DNA of 64,000 nt from an uncultured delta proteobacterium (GCA_963783425.1 CAWANO010000004.1:6969-70968), one strand, 5' to 3'; positions 11,828 through 20,802 are shown, counted from the first letter of the stretch. The notes: generated by a model from the letters alone, not told the origin. Numbers and translations are program-made.

Positions 11828-12601
11828 CTACCGCTGTGCCAGGAGTTGGGCGATGTGGCGCACTTTCACGGCTGATCCCCGCCGGTGCAGCGCCCCTTCG
11901 ATATTCATCAAGCAGCCCATGTCGCAACCGGTGACCACATCGGCACCGCTGGCCAGCACGTGGCCCACCTTGTCGCTGACCATGGCGGCTGAAATCTGGG
12001 GGTATTTAACGGCAAAGGTGCCGCCGAATCCGCAACAGTAATCGGAATTGTGCATTTCCACCAGGCTTGCCCCGTTAATATGCTCAATTAAAATGCGTGG
12101 TTGGGCGGATACATTCAAATTTCTAAGAAGGTGGCAAGAGTCGTGGTAGGTGATGCGGCCATCGAAACGGGCGCCAAGATCGACCACCTGCAACACATCC
12201 ACCAGATATTCGGTCAGCTCATAGATCTTTTCGCTCACCCGCCGGGCGCGCCGCAGCCAATCGGGGCTGGCCTTGAAAAGATGGGCGTAGTGGTGTCGTA
12301 CCATGTGAACGCAGGACCCCGATGGGCAGACGATCACCTCGGCCGCCTCGAAGGTTTCGATGAAGTGGCGCGCCGCCCGGCGGGCTTCGTCAAGGTATCC
12401 GGCATTGTAGGCCGGCTGTCCGCAGCAGGTTTGATCGAGCGGGTAGTCGATGGGACGCTTGAGCCGCTCAAAGATCGTAACTACCGCTTCGCCCACTTCG
12501 GGGTAGAGCCCGTCGATCAGGCATTGAAGGAAGAGGGTGATTTTGTGACTGACGACCCTGCGATTTGCCATCTGTTTGGCCATTGGGGGTTTTAGGATCA
12601 C
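11828..12601 (-). CDS. lutA: Lactate utilization protein LutA (CCG-domain Fe-S oxidoreductase)
   Basis: Intact. KITLFLQCLIDGLYPEVGEAVVTIFERL...DQTCCGQPAYNAGY...CPSGSCVHMV...YHDSCHLLR...SDYCCGFGGTF. The real start may be an internal Met (MAKQ/MANRR). Confidence 0.8.
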   Translation of the reverse strand: MILKPPMAKQMANRRVVSHKITLFLQCLIDGLYPEVGEAVVTIFERLKRPIDYPLDQTCCGQPAYNAGYLDEARRAARHFIETFEAAEVIVCPSGSCVHMVRHHYAHLFKASPDWLRRARRVSEKIYELTEYLVDVLQVVDLGARFDGRITYHDSCHLLRNLNVSAQPRILIEHINGASLVEMHNSDYCCGFGGTFAVKYPQISAAMVSDKVGHVLASGADVVTGCDMGCLMNIEGALHRRGSAVKVRHIAQLLAQR

Positions 12602-12774
12602 GCGATCTCACCGGCTTTGGCGCCGGCGGGGTGTTGGGGATGATTATTAAGCTATCGCGTTGGTTTGCGCAAGGGCCGAGATGATGGCATCTTGGGGGCG
12701 GGGTTGCCATGATGGCGTAATTAAACGCTATGATTTAAGGTAGATGGGGCTACGAGCAAGAAGGCCTGGCGGAA

Positions 12775-13278
12775 CTATTTATTGGGGTCTTTGACCATTT
12801 CTCGGTAGCTTTCCAAAAGCTGTGTGAACTGACGGGCCTGTTTGTCCACCAGTTGCGCAAATTCGGCTGTAAAGGCGGCCTGGTCGTTCTCGCCGCGACC
12901 TTTGTTCAATTGAGCCGCCAGCCGGGCCACGGTGGCCTTGCACGCCATCATCTCCGTTTGCAGCTTATCGTAGCGTTTTTCCAATGCTTGATGGGTGCTG
13001 CGTGGGACCACATCGAGTAGTTTCAGGAACTGCAGGAAAGCGTGCTGATAGCGCTCCATGGCCTGCTGCCAGGCGTTGTCGTCTTCAGTTTCGGTGCGGG
13101 TGTCATTGGTCGGGGGAGTGAAGCCGTAGGCGCGTTGAAACTGCTCTGAAAGTTCACCCATGGCGCTGAAACCCTGCTGCATCCAGTCGGCCGCTGCTTG
13201 GCCGGCACGCTGGCTTTTGGCGGCGTTGAGCAGCAGATTGCCCCAGAATTCCAATAAATCGGCATCGATGGGTTTCAT
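12775..13278 (-). CDS. Hypothetical coiled-coil protein, possible small partner subunit of the upstream PhaC-like protein
   Basis: Intact 167 aa with no motif I recognise. It is helical and Gln/Glu-rich. The segment LLDVVPRSTHQALEKRYDKLQTEMMACKATVARLAAQL resembles the C-terminal LPIPDQKEMDELYKEIYLLKRRVRKLEKQL of the PhaE in this window. It lies 40 nt downstream of 13318-14934 on the same strand. Confidence 0.45.
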   Translation of the reverse strand: MKPIDADLLEFWGNLLLNAAKSQRAGQAAADWMQQGFSAMGELSEQFQRAYGFTPPTNDTRTETEDDNAWQQAMERYQHAFLQFLKLLDVVPRSTHQALEKRYDKLQTEMMACKATVARLAAQLNKGRGENDQAAFTAEFAQLVDKQARQFTQLLESYREMVKDPNK

Positions 13279-13317
13279 CTTCGGATCCTCTCCGGAAGGT
13301 TTCAGGCGGTTCGCCGA

Positions 13318-14934
13318 TCACGCTTCGGCATCCAAATCAAGCTGAAAGCGTACCGGGCCGCGGTAATTGCCCTCGCCAAAACGCGACTGCAGGGCGCAGG
13401 CCGATTGGGGATTGGACCACGAAGTGGCGATGGCCACATGCCCTTTGGGAAAGGGGGTTACTTCGGCCTCGGCCCACCGCAACGGTGCCAGGGCGGTCTC
13501 TTTTTCGACCAGGTCGTCATTTTCACCGTAACAGATCAGCCATTTGAGCCCCATCTCCTTCAGGCGATCGAGCTTCAGGGGCTGGTTGAAGAGACGGACC
13601 GGCAAGGTACCGTCGCTGGTAATGGGGGTGTTATAGCTGGCAAAACTCATGCGGGTTATGGCCATGGGCAGATCGGTGCGTTCGTAATTGAGCCAGTAGT
13701 TAAGGGCGGCCGCCGTTTTTGAGACCGCCATGGCGTCGGCGTCGGTTCGGCTGAACATGGAAAGATCCCTGAAATAGGCCGCCAGGGGCGCTTCGCTTTC
13801 AATGCTTTTCAATTTGTAAACCCAGCCCATCAGCGTGCCGTCGGCCACCGTGTTGCCACTGGGCAAGCGTTTGACACCGTAAGCCAAGTCGTTGAAGCGT
13901 TGCGGTAGCGACTGCAGAAAGTAGGCCAGCCCTTCGCTGTTCGTGCCGTCCATGGGCGAAACACAGGTGATCAGGGCGTCAACCACGCCGTCCAGTTGAC
14001 CGGTGAGCAGGTTGCACAGGGCTGAAAACCCGCCTTGACAGTAGCCGTTGAGGGTGACGGGCCGGCCGTGCCGCTCGACGATCCGTCGGCAGAAGGCGGC
14101 AGTGTCCAGGGTGTCATCCTCGCCGGTCATGGTCTGCACGGCCTCGTTTTGGCCGATAGGTTTCATCACCCGGATGTAGGTGGGCACTCCCTGGTTGGCG
14201 AAGGCGTGGGCGTAGCTTTTATTCTCTCCGGGCAAAAAGGCCAAAATATTGGATCCCAGCACATAGGGCGGCACGATCATCAACGGTTTGGCATCGGGCC
14301 GGGGGGAGACGGTTTTGTCGGTTGGCGTCACCCGGTAGAGGATGAATCGATCGGTTTCGGCGATTTTGGCCTGCCCGTCGCGCTCGAAGTGAAACCCGTA
14401 TTCGGGGATCACATCGGCAATGGCCCGAGGCAATCCGTTGGACACCATGTCAGCCATGCGGGCCTGACGGTGGACGAAAGTGGTCAGGGCGTTCCAGGCC
14501 TCGGCCAGGTCGGCCGGGTTTTCCGGGGTTTGTTTGTCGCCGAAAAGCCGCTCAAGCTCCTGGACCTGAAAGTTTTGCACCGCATCAAGACTGCCCTTGG
14601 CGGCACGCAAAAAGAGGTCGTTGCAGAAGCGGTTCAATTTCAGGTAGGCCTCGAGGTTCTCGTGCCAGGGCTGGCTTATGACGCGTTGCTGTTCGACGTC
14701 GCTCACGTATTGCATGGAGAGCATCTGCGGGATCATGAAATCGACCGCATATTTAGAAAATCCGGCCCAGAAATTCTGGGTGGCCGCCAGCGCCTCTTGA
14801 AAGGTATTGATACCGGCCAAAACCGCATAGGGGGCGTCAGTGTTTTTGGGCGTCATGGGGCCATCCTTTGTCAGGTCAAGGGTATTGGGGTGGATCGCTT
14901 TGATAGTGAGCGGCTGGGAAAAACATAGAATCAA
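13318..14934 (-). CDS. PhaC-like alpha/beta hydrolase (second, divergent PHA synthase candidate)
   Basis: Intact 538 aa. Has a PHA-synthase-type lipase box with Cys (LNGYCQGGFSAL), a later ICYGENDDLV and FPKGHVAIA (candidate Asp/His), and a long N-terminal extension. The start may be the internal Met at 14856 (MTPKNTD). Confidence 0.6.
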   Translation of the reverse strand: MILCFSQPLTIKAIHPNTLDLTKDGPMTPKNTDAPYAVLAGINTFQEALAATQNFWAGFSKYAVDFMIPQMLSMQYVSDVEQQRVISQPWHENLEAYLKLNRFCNDLFLRAAKGSLDAVQNFQVQELERLFGDKQTPENPADLAEAWNALTTFVHRQARMADMVSNGLPRAIADVIPEYGFHFERDGQAKIAETDRFILYRVTPTDKTVSPRPDAKPLMIVPPYVLGSNILAFLPGENKSYAHAFANQGVPTYIRVMKPIGQNEAVQTMTGEDDTLDTAAFCRRIVERHGRPVTLNGYCQGGFSALCNLLTGQLDGVVDALITCVSPMDGTNSEGLAYFLQSLPQRFNDLAYGVKRLPSGNTVADGTLMGWVYKLKSIESEAPLAAYFRDLSMFSRTDADAMAVSKTAAALNYWLNYERTDLPMAITRMSFASYNTPITSDGTLPVRLFNQPLKLDRLKEMGLKWLICYGENDDLVEKETALAPLRWAEAEVTPFPKGHVAIATSWSNPQSACALQSRFGEGNYRGPVRFQLDLDAEA

Positions 14935-15012
14935 GTGTGTTACGATACCAAGCTTGGGGTGACATGTCTATTTAAGAATTTCGTTGAAAAACTTTTATAA
15001 CAACCGCAAAGT

Positions 15013-15050
15013 GAAAAGCCAGTGCCGGATGCAGGGTCGGCACTGGCTTT
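15013..15050 (-). terminator. Rho-independent terminator downstream of the phasin gene
   Basis: An 11-bp perfect stem agccagtgccg / cggcactggct (15017-15027 and 15038-15048) with a 10-nt loop. It is followed on the minus strand by TTTT. Confidence 0.55.
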
Positions 15051-15093
15051 CGAGTTGCCATTTTACACTTCGGCCGTGAGGCCAATTCAACGG

Positions 15094-15381
15094 TTACTTG
15101 CCGCCCTTGGTGGCTTTTTGGGTCTCTTCGAAGAAACTTTCCACCTTGGCAAAGTTCTCATCGACCATGCCTTTGAAATCTTCGCGGCCCTTTTTGTAGG
15201 CTTCCACCCAGTCGGTGATGGCCTTGCGGCCTTCTTCGGGCAGCCAGGTGGCTTGGTCGAGCAGGGTGCTGGACATGCGCTCAGCCTGCTCCTGAAGCAT
15301 GGTGAGGGCGCTGAAGGTGTTGTCGAATGTGGCTTTGTTGAAGTCGATCATCTGTTTGACCAGTTTTTGGGAATCCATCAT
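15094..15381 (-). CDS. Phasin-family PHA granule protein
   Basis: Intact 95 aa, helical: MMDSQKLVKQMIDFNKATFDNTFSALTMLQEQAERM... It is divergent from phaR and sits in the PHA cluster. Confidence 0.6.
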   Translation of the reverse strand: MMDSQKLVKQMIDFNKATFDNTFSALTMLQEQAERMSSTLLDQATWLPEEGRKAITDWVEAYKKGREDFKGMVDENFAKVESFFEETQKATKGGK

Positions 15382-15492
15382 TGTTTACCTCCTTGTGTTG
15401 GTGCGGTTATACTGGTTTGCGTTAACCGAAATGGTCATGTCCGTTTGTGACCTCTATGTTAGGGGCCGGAAAACGCTTTGTCAAGGAAAAAA

Positions 15493-15507
15493 TGTTGCAA
15501 TGCAACA
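15493..15507. promoter_or_regulatory. Perfect 7-1-7 palindrome TGTTGCA-A-TGCAACA in the phasin/phaR divergent intergenic region (candidate PhaR operator)
   Basis: Read directly from the sequence. It lies in an AT-rich 265-bp divergent promoter region. TGC-containing palindromes are reported PhaR operators in other bacteria. Confidence 0.35.
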
Positions 15508-15646
15508 ATATTATTTTAACGCACTTGACACATTCCGCTACCAATAGTAAAATTAAGAAAAAATTAAGCTTTCTTAAATATTTTATTCCGACCTATTAAA
15601 ATATTAAATCGAAAAATGACGCAATAGCACAACTCGGGAGGAAGCG

Positions 15647-16096
15647 GTGAGCGCCAAAACGCTGATCATTAAGAAGTATGCCAATCGCCGGCTGTACGAT
15701 ACCGAAAAAAGCGCCTATGTGACCCTGGAAGCGGTGGCCGATCAAGTGCGCAAGGGGCGTTGGGTGGAAGTGCGCGACGCCAAAACGGGCGAGGATGTCA
15801 CCGCCATGATCCTCACCCAGGTGCTCTTGGAAAAAGCCCGCGGGAAAAATTTTCTTTTCCCCCCGGCGGTGTTGCATCTAATGATTCGATACGGCGATAC
15901 GGCGCTGGAGGAGTTTTTTCAGAGCTACCTGGAACCGATTATCGAGAATTATCTGAACACCAAAAGTGCGGTAGACGAGCAATTTCAACAGTGGCTGAAG
16001 ATGGGGATGGGGTTTTCGGACTTTTCTAAAAACCCGTTTTCGGGCATGGGGCCGCTTTTTCCGAAACCCCCTAAAAAACCGCCTTCAGGCCAGTAG
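15647..16096 (+). CDS. phaR: PHA synthesis repressor PhaR
   Basis: GTG start behind GGGAGGAAG. The N-terminus IIKKYANRRLYDTEKSAYVTLEAVADQV is the PHB/PHA accumulation regulator DNA-binding domain signature. Confidence 0.85.
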   Translation: MSAKTLIIKKYANRRLYDTEKSAYVTLEAVADQVRKGRWVEVRDAKTGEDVTAMILTQVLLEKARGKNFLFPPAVLHLMIRYGDTALEEFFQSYLEPIIENYLNTKSAVDEQFQQWLKMGMGFSDFSKNPFSGMGPLFPKPPKKPPSGQ

Positions 16097-16139
16097 CGGG
16101 ACCTTTTTAGGCCCCGACGACGGGCTGTGGGTGGCCCGT

Positions 16140-16559
16140 TTATTTCTTGACCGGTGACACCAAGGCAAAGCCGTCTAATACCAGGTTACCGGATTGATTG
16201 CTGCAGGTGGTTGAAAGACGCACGCGGTTTCGATCCGTATCGATTTCAGTGACCTCTACCCGGGCGGTGATGGTATCGCCGATGCGCACGGGCGCCTTGA
16301 AATTGAGCTCCTGTTTCATGTAGATGGCCCCGTTGCCCGGCAACTGGTTGCCGATCACGGCCGAGATCAAGCCGGCCGAGAGCATGCCATGGGCGATACG
16401 GGTCTCAAAGAAGGTACCGGCGGCGTAGACCTCGTCGATATGGGCGGGGTTGAAGTCACCGGTAACCCCGGCGAACTGATAGACGTCGCACTCACTGATG
16501 GTTTTGGAAAATTGTGCGCTTTCACCGATGGTCATTTCATCGACCGATTTGCCGGGCAT
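16140..16559 (-). CDS. phaJ: MaoC-like (R)-specific enoyl-CoA hydratase (PhaJ-type)
   Basis: Intact 139 aa. Hot-dog fold motif GDFNPAHIDEVYA...IAHGMLSAGLISAVIG. Confidence 0.8.
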   Translation of the reverse strand: MPGKSVDEMTIGESAQFSKTISECDVYQFAGVTGDFNPAHIDEVYAAGTFFETRIAHGMLSAGLISAVIGNQLPGNGAIYMKQELNFKAPVRIGDTITARVEVTEIDTDRNRVRLSTTCSNQSGNLVLDGFALVSPVKK

Positions 16560-16597
16560 ATCGTCTTACCTCTCCTGATGAATAAAATAAACAGCGC

Positions 16598-17644
16598 TTA
16601 AAACCACTGCCGGTGGCTCCAGATATCCTCCTCCAGGGCCTTTTTGTCTTCGGCCAGGCGGATATAGAGCGACGCGTTCTGGATAGCCAGGGCGCCCTGG
16701 TGAGCCAGCGTTTTGAGTAAAAGCAGATCTTCTGGGGTAAAACGTCGCTTTTTCCCACTGTAGAGACGCAATACGCCGATCACCGCCTCTTTAGATTTGA
16801 TGGGCACTGCCACCAGGGTTACGATTCCCTCGTTTTGCATCTCCTTTTTGTACTGCACGCGCTCGTCCGTGGTGGCATCTTCGATCACCACGGTTTTGCC
16901 CTTGAGCGCCTGAATGGCGCTTTTGGTGGAAGAGACGGGGCCCTTGTTCAAAAAAGTTTCGCTGAGGCCGTAGCTGGCCACCAGATCCAATGTAGCGGCG
17001 TCTTCGTTGACCAGGCGGATGGTGGCCCCTTTCAGGTCCATGCGTTCACTGATCTGTTCGGTCAGAATGTGCAATATCTGCTTGATGTCGAGGCTGCTGT
17101 TGATGCTCGAGGAGAGATCGAGGAAGAGCCTGGTATTTTCACGGATTTGCTGCATCAGTTTGGTTTGAACGATGGCCATGCCGCCCTGATCGGCCAGGGC
17201 TCTTAAAAAGCCGATTTCATCCTCGTCAAACACCCGGCGCCGGGCGGTGTAGAGCGACAAGACGCCGATCACTTCGTTATCCACCGTGACCGGCACTGTC
17301 AGGATCGAGGCGATGCCTTCGGCCTTCTTAGCCTCGTGGTGTTCGAGGCGGGGGTCGCTGGTGGCGTCCTCGAAACTCAGATAGCCCGCCTTTTTAATGC
17401 CGTCCACGAGACCGCGGGCATGAAACACGTTGGCGTGCAGGTAGTTCTCGGAGAGGCCCTTTTGGGAGACGGGGTAGAACACATCCTCGACTTCGTCGGC
17501 AAGGTAGAGGCAAGCGGCTTTGGCTTCCATGGTTTCGATCACGCTGTTGACGATCAACTCCAAAAGCGTTGCCTGGTTCCGAGTGGCGCCGAACGTCTTG
17601 CTGATATTGCAGAACGTTTTGAAATAATCTTCCTTCTTGGTCAT
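16598..17644 (-). CDS. Tandem GAF-domain protein without recognisable output domain
   Basis: Intact 348 aa made of two similar halves. The halves are ...AKAACLYLADEVEDVFYPV...ILTVPVTVDNEVIGVLSLYTARRRVFDEDEIGFLRALADQGGMAI and ...GATIRLVNEDAATLDLVAS...LVAVPIKSKEAVIGVLRLYSGKKRRFTPEDLLLLKTLAHQGALAI. Confidence 0.7.
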   Translation of the reverse strand: MTKKEDYFKTFCNISKTFGATRNQATLLELIVNSVIETMEAKAACLYLADEVEDVFYPVSQKGLSENYLHANVFHARGLVDGIKKAGYLSFEDATSDPRLEHHEAKKAEGIASILTVPVTVDNEVIGVLSLYTARRRVFDEDEIGFLRALADQGGMAIVQTKLMQQIRENTRLFLDLSSSINSSLDIKQILHILTEQISERMDLKGATIRLVNEDAATLDLVASYGLSETFLNKGPVSSTKSAIQALKGKTVVIEDATTDERVQYKKEMQNEGIVTLVAVPIKSKEAVIGVLRLYSGKKRRFTPEDLLLLKTLAHQGALAIQNASLYIRLAEDKKALEEDIWSHRQWF

Positions 17645-17679
17645 CTTGTCGATCTCCTTGCCGGTTCAAATGGGGGCAT

Positions 17680-18906
17680 TTAGTTCTTGGCAGGGCGGCT
17701 CTTAGCCGGAGCGACCCGTTTGGCGGGGGCCCGTCTGGGGCGCGCTTTGGGGGCGGTACCGGATTTGCGAGGGGCGGCCTTGCGCGTTGTTTTGTCAGTG
17801 GTTTTAGGGGTTTTCGGGGGCGCTGTTTCGCGTTGCCTTAGCCAATTGGCGATCTTGGGGGCGAACTCCTGCTGGTAGCGCGAACTGACATAGATGCCGA
17901 TGTGGCCTGTTTTCAGGCAGAGGTCCTCGGTGTCCTTGCTGCCCACGCTACCAGTGAGTCGCTCGCAGGCGGCCGGCGGCACAAGGTGATCGTACTGGCC
18001 ATAGATGTTGAGAAGCGGCATGGTGAGCTTCTTCAGATCCACGCGCTGGCCGCCGACAACCATCTTGCTCTGGATGAGCAGGTTCTTCTGGTAGCAATCC
18101 TTGACGAACTGGCGAAAGGTATCGCCGGGAACGTCGGGGCTGTCGAAAATCCATTTTTCCATGCGGATGAAGTTTTCCACGAAATTTTTGTTGTCAATAT
18201 TTTCGAGAAATCCGACGTATTTGTCGATCATCAAGCGGGCCGGGTTGAGCAGCAGAAACCCGAAATTGAGAAAGTCTCCGGGAATGTTGGCGAAGGTATC
18301 CACCATCTTGTCGGCGTCGACGTGCCGCATCCACAGGTGCAGCAGGCCCTGGTCGGTGTCGAAGTTGGTGGGCGTGACCGTGGTCACCAGGTTCTGGATC
18401 TTGTGGGGATGCAGGGCGCTGTAAATGACACTGAATGTGCCGCCCATACAGATGCCCATCAAGTTGACCTTGTCGATGCCGTGGCGCTGGCGGATAAAAT
18501 CGACCACGTTGTCCATGTAGCCGTTGACATGGTCATCGATGGTCAGGTAGCGATCCTTGCGGCCCGGATAGCCCCAGTCGATCATGTAGATGTCGAGCCC
18601 GTCGGCCAGCATGCGTTCCACCACGCTGCGGCCCGGTTGAAGGTCGAGCATGGTCTCACGGTTGATCAGGGCATAGACCACCAGCAGGGGGGTGGGCACC
18701 TTTTTCTCCTCCGGGGCGGTGCTTTTGTAGTACTTCAGCCGAACCCGATCCTCTTCGTAGACCATTTCGTAAGGGGTGGTGGCCAGATCGGTCTGCATGG
18801 GTTCGAGCAATACATCGGAGGCTTTGCTGGCACGTTCGCCCACGCGTTGGGCGTCTTCGGCCAGCTTGGACAGGATGAGATCGACAGGAATTTTGGGCGA
18901 TGTCAT
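17680..18906 (-). CDS. phaC: Class III PHA synthase catalytic subunit PhaC with a basic K/R/P/A-rich C-terminal tail
   Basis: Lipase box with Cys NLMGICMGGTFSV and a conserved class III body. The start is set at ATG 18906 behind GAGGGGGAAG. The last ~52 aa are TAPPKTPKTTDKTTRKAAPRKSGTAPKARPRRAPAKRVAPAKSRPAKN. Confidence 0.85.
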   Translation of the reverse strand: MTSPKIPVDLILSKLAEDAQRVGERASKASDVLLEPMQTDLATTPYEMVYEEDRVRLKYYKSTAPEEKKVPTPLLVVYALINRETMLDLQPGRSVVERMLADGLDIYMIDWGYPGRKDRYLTIDDHVNGYMDNVVDFIRQRHGIDKVNLMGICMGGTFSVIYSALHPHKIQNLVTTVTPTNFDTDQGLLHLWMRHVDADKMVDTFANIPGDFLNFGFLLLNPARLMIDKYVGFLENIDNKNFVENFIRMEKWIFDSPDVPGDTFRQFVKDCYQKNLLIQSKMVVGGQRVDLKKLTMPLLNIYGQYDHLVPPAACERLTGSVGSKDTEDLCLKTGHIGIYVSSRYQQEFAPKIANWLRQRETAPPKTPKTTDKTTRKAAPRKSGTAPKARPRRAPAKRVAPAKSRPAKN

Positions 18907-18975
18907 GATCTTCCCCCTCAACAGTCGTTGACCCGCAGGTTAAAGGCGCGTCTTCAAGATGTGAACGGCTTGTGG

Positions 18976-19872
18976 CTACTTGGTTCCGGCCAGTTGTTTT
19001 TCAAGCTTTCGGACCCGGCGTTTCAACAGATAGATCTCCTTGTAGAGCTCATCCATCTCTTTTTGATCCGGGATCGGTAGCGATTGCAGTGCATCGAGGA
19101 TCACCTCATTGCGCGCCGCCACGAACGCCTCCAGGCCCGCCAGGGTGCGCGCCATCACATCGGCAAAGTGGTCCGATTGATAGAGCCGCATGTAATGGCC
19201 TTCGAGGATTTTGATCCAGCGCTGATAATATTCGCGGCTGGTGCCGGGCAGTTCATTTTTTTCAGATAGGTCGTTGATCTCCGCGTGCAGCACCTGGATC
19301 GATTTTTCTATGGGCAGGTGCAGCACTTGGATAAATTCAGCCATGACGGTCTGGAAGCGAAAAAAACGGTCCAGGCTCTGTCCCATTCGTTCCTGGTAAA
19401 AGCGGGTCAGCCCCACCTGGGGTACGTTTAAAAACTGGCGGAACTCTTTTTCGTAAAGATCGCTCCAGATGCGCAGGGCCTCGCGGTCCAGGTTCTCGAA
19501 ATTATACGCCTGGCCGGACTGTTGCATCTGGTTGGTTTTCTCAAGCCACTGGGTTTGCAGCTTGAAGAAGGTGTTCCAACCCGATTCCACCATACGCAGC
19601 ATCACCTCGGGCACGGCCCGCAGGCCGCTGGTGAGCCGCTCCATGGTTTCGGGGTTTTCCATGGCCGTGGCCAGGGTCTGAAAGCTTTTCAAGGAGGCTT
19701 CCCAGGCCATCTTGGTATCGGGGCGCCGGGTGTTTTCCTTGGCCGGGTCATCGGAATCTTGCGAAGGCCGCTGTTGCAGGGCCGCCATGCTATTGTAGAA
19801 TCGGTTGGCCGTCTCCAGCCAGGCCGAAAGCAGGTTTTGGGCGCTTTGTTGCGATCTGTCGTCGGACGCCAT
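18976..19872 (-). CDS. phaE: Class III PHA synthase subunit PhaE
   Basis: Lies immediately upstream of phaC on the same strand, at a size typical of PhaE. It has a coiled-coil C-terminus LPIPDQKEMDELYKEIYLLKRRVRKLEKQL. The start is taken at MASDDRS (the track ORF begins at 19923). Confidence 0.6.
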   Translation of the reverse strand: MASDDRSQQSAQNLLSAWLETANRFYNSMAALQQRPSQDSDDPAKENTRRPDTKMAWEASLKSFQTLATAMENPETMERLTSGLRAVPEVMLRMVESGWNTFFKLQTQWLEKTNQMQQSGQAYNFENLDREALRIWSDLYEKEFRQFLNVPQVGLTRFYQERMGQSLDRFFRFQTVMAEFIQVLHLPIEKSIQVLHAEINDLSEKNELPGTSREYYQRWIKILEGHYMRLYQSDHFADVMARTLAGLEAFVAARNEVILDALQSLPIPDQKEMDELYKEIYLLKRRVRKLEKQLAGTK

Positions 19873-20029
19873 CGGGCACCTCTGGCTTGTTATCTGTCGA
19901 TGGAAGAGCTGCGCTCGAGTCAATAAGTGTTAACCATTACTATGCCCATGGCTGCAAAAAATATCAAGAGCAGCCACAAGCCCGGCCTGGCGGCTGGTGA
20001 TTGTGCTTACCGGTTGCTGGGCGATCAGT

Positions 20030-20641
20030 TCAACCGGCCGCTATCAAACGGCGATACACCAGGGCGCCCAACACGGCCAGTGACTCGGCATCCAGGTATA
20101 TTTCTGCTGATTTTCGTAACAATACCAAGCAGTTGCCTGGAAACTCCTCTTCCGCCTCATTAAACAGCAGCCGCACGGGAATACGCGGCAGGGCCGGTAT
20201 GATCAGGTCCACATCGTAGGCCAGGGGTTCGGCCGGTGGCACGCCCCCCAGGGTAGCCGCCGCGTTTTCGAGGCGCTGCGCCGAACCTTGGAAGCGCTTT
20301 ACGATGGCACCTTCCACATTGTTAGCCCAGTAGACGGTCAAAGGGCCAGCGTCTTTCATATCACGATAGTGCGACCACTGCCCGGTCGCAGGTGGCACTT
20401 CGGGAAACATCAAAAGGTGCTTGGCCAGGATCACGCACACCTCGAACGCGGGTCGCTTGCCGGCGCTGTTAAAGAAACCTTCGGGGGAGATCTGATAGGT
20501 TCTTCCCAATAGGGGGACCGCCCAGCACTGCTTGTGAAGATGGGCCCCCAGCTTGGGGGCGATGGTCTTCAGATCCAGCGTTTGAATCTGATCCAGGTAG
20601 TGACGATAGGTCTGGTCGAAAATGGACTCGTCGGATGGCAA
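20030..20641 (-). CDS. DUF3786 domain-containing protein
   Basis: Intact 203 aa. The C-terminal pattern IIPALPRIPVRLLFNEAEEEFPGNCLVLLRKSAEIYLDAESLAVLGALV matches my memory of the DUF3786 consensus. Confidence 0.55.
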   Translation of the reverse strand: MPSDESIFDQTYRHYLDQIQTLDLKTIAPKLGAHLHKQCWAVPLLGRTYQISPEGFFNSAGKRPAFEVCVILAKHLLMFPEVPPATGQWSHYRDMKDAGPLTVYWANNVEGAIVKRFQGSAQRLENAAATLGGVPPAEPLAYDVDLIIPALPRIPVRLLFNEAEEEFPGNCLVLLRKSAEIYLDAESLAVLGALVYRRLIAAG

Positions 20642-20802
20642 GCATGGCTCCTTTCATTGGAGTGGCGGTTTGCTGAAGATAGCACATTTGTGATGGTCGT
20701 TAAATGGGCCTTGGCGAAAGGGTTGTGCTCGATGGCGGCTTGACATCATCGGCAGGGGGTACAACTCTAGATAAATACCGGAATTTAACCAAGGAGCATA
20801 AC

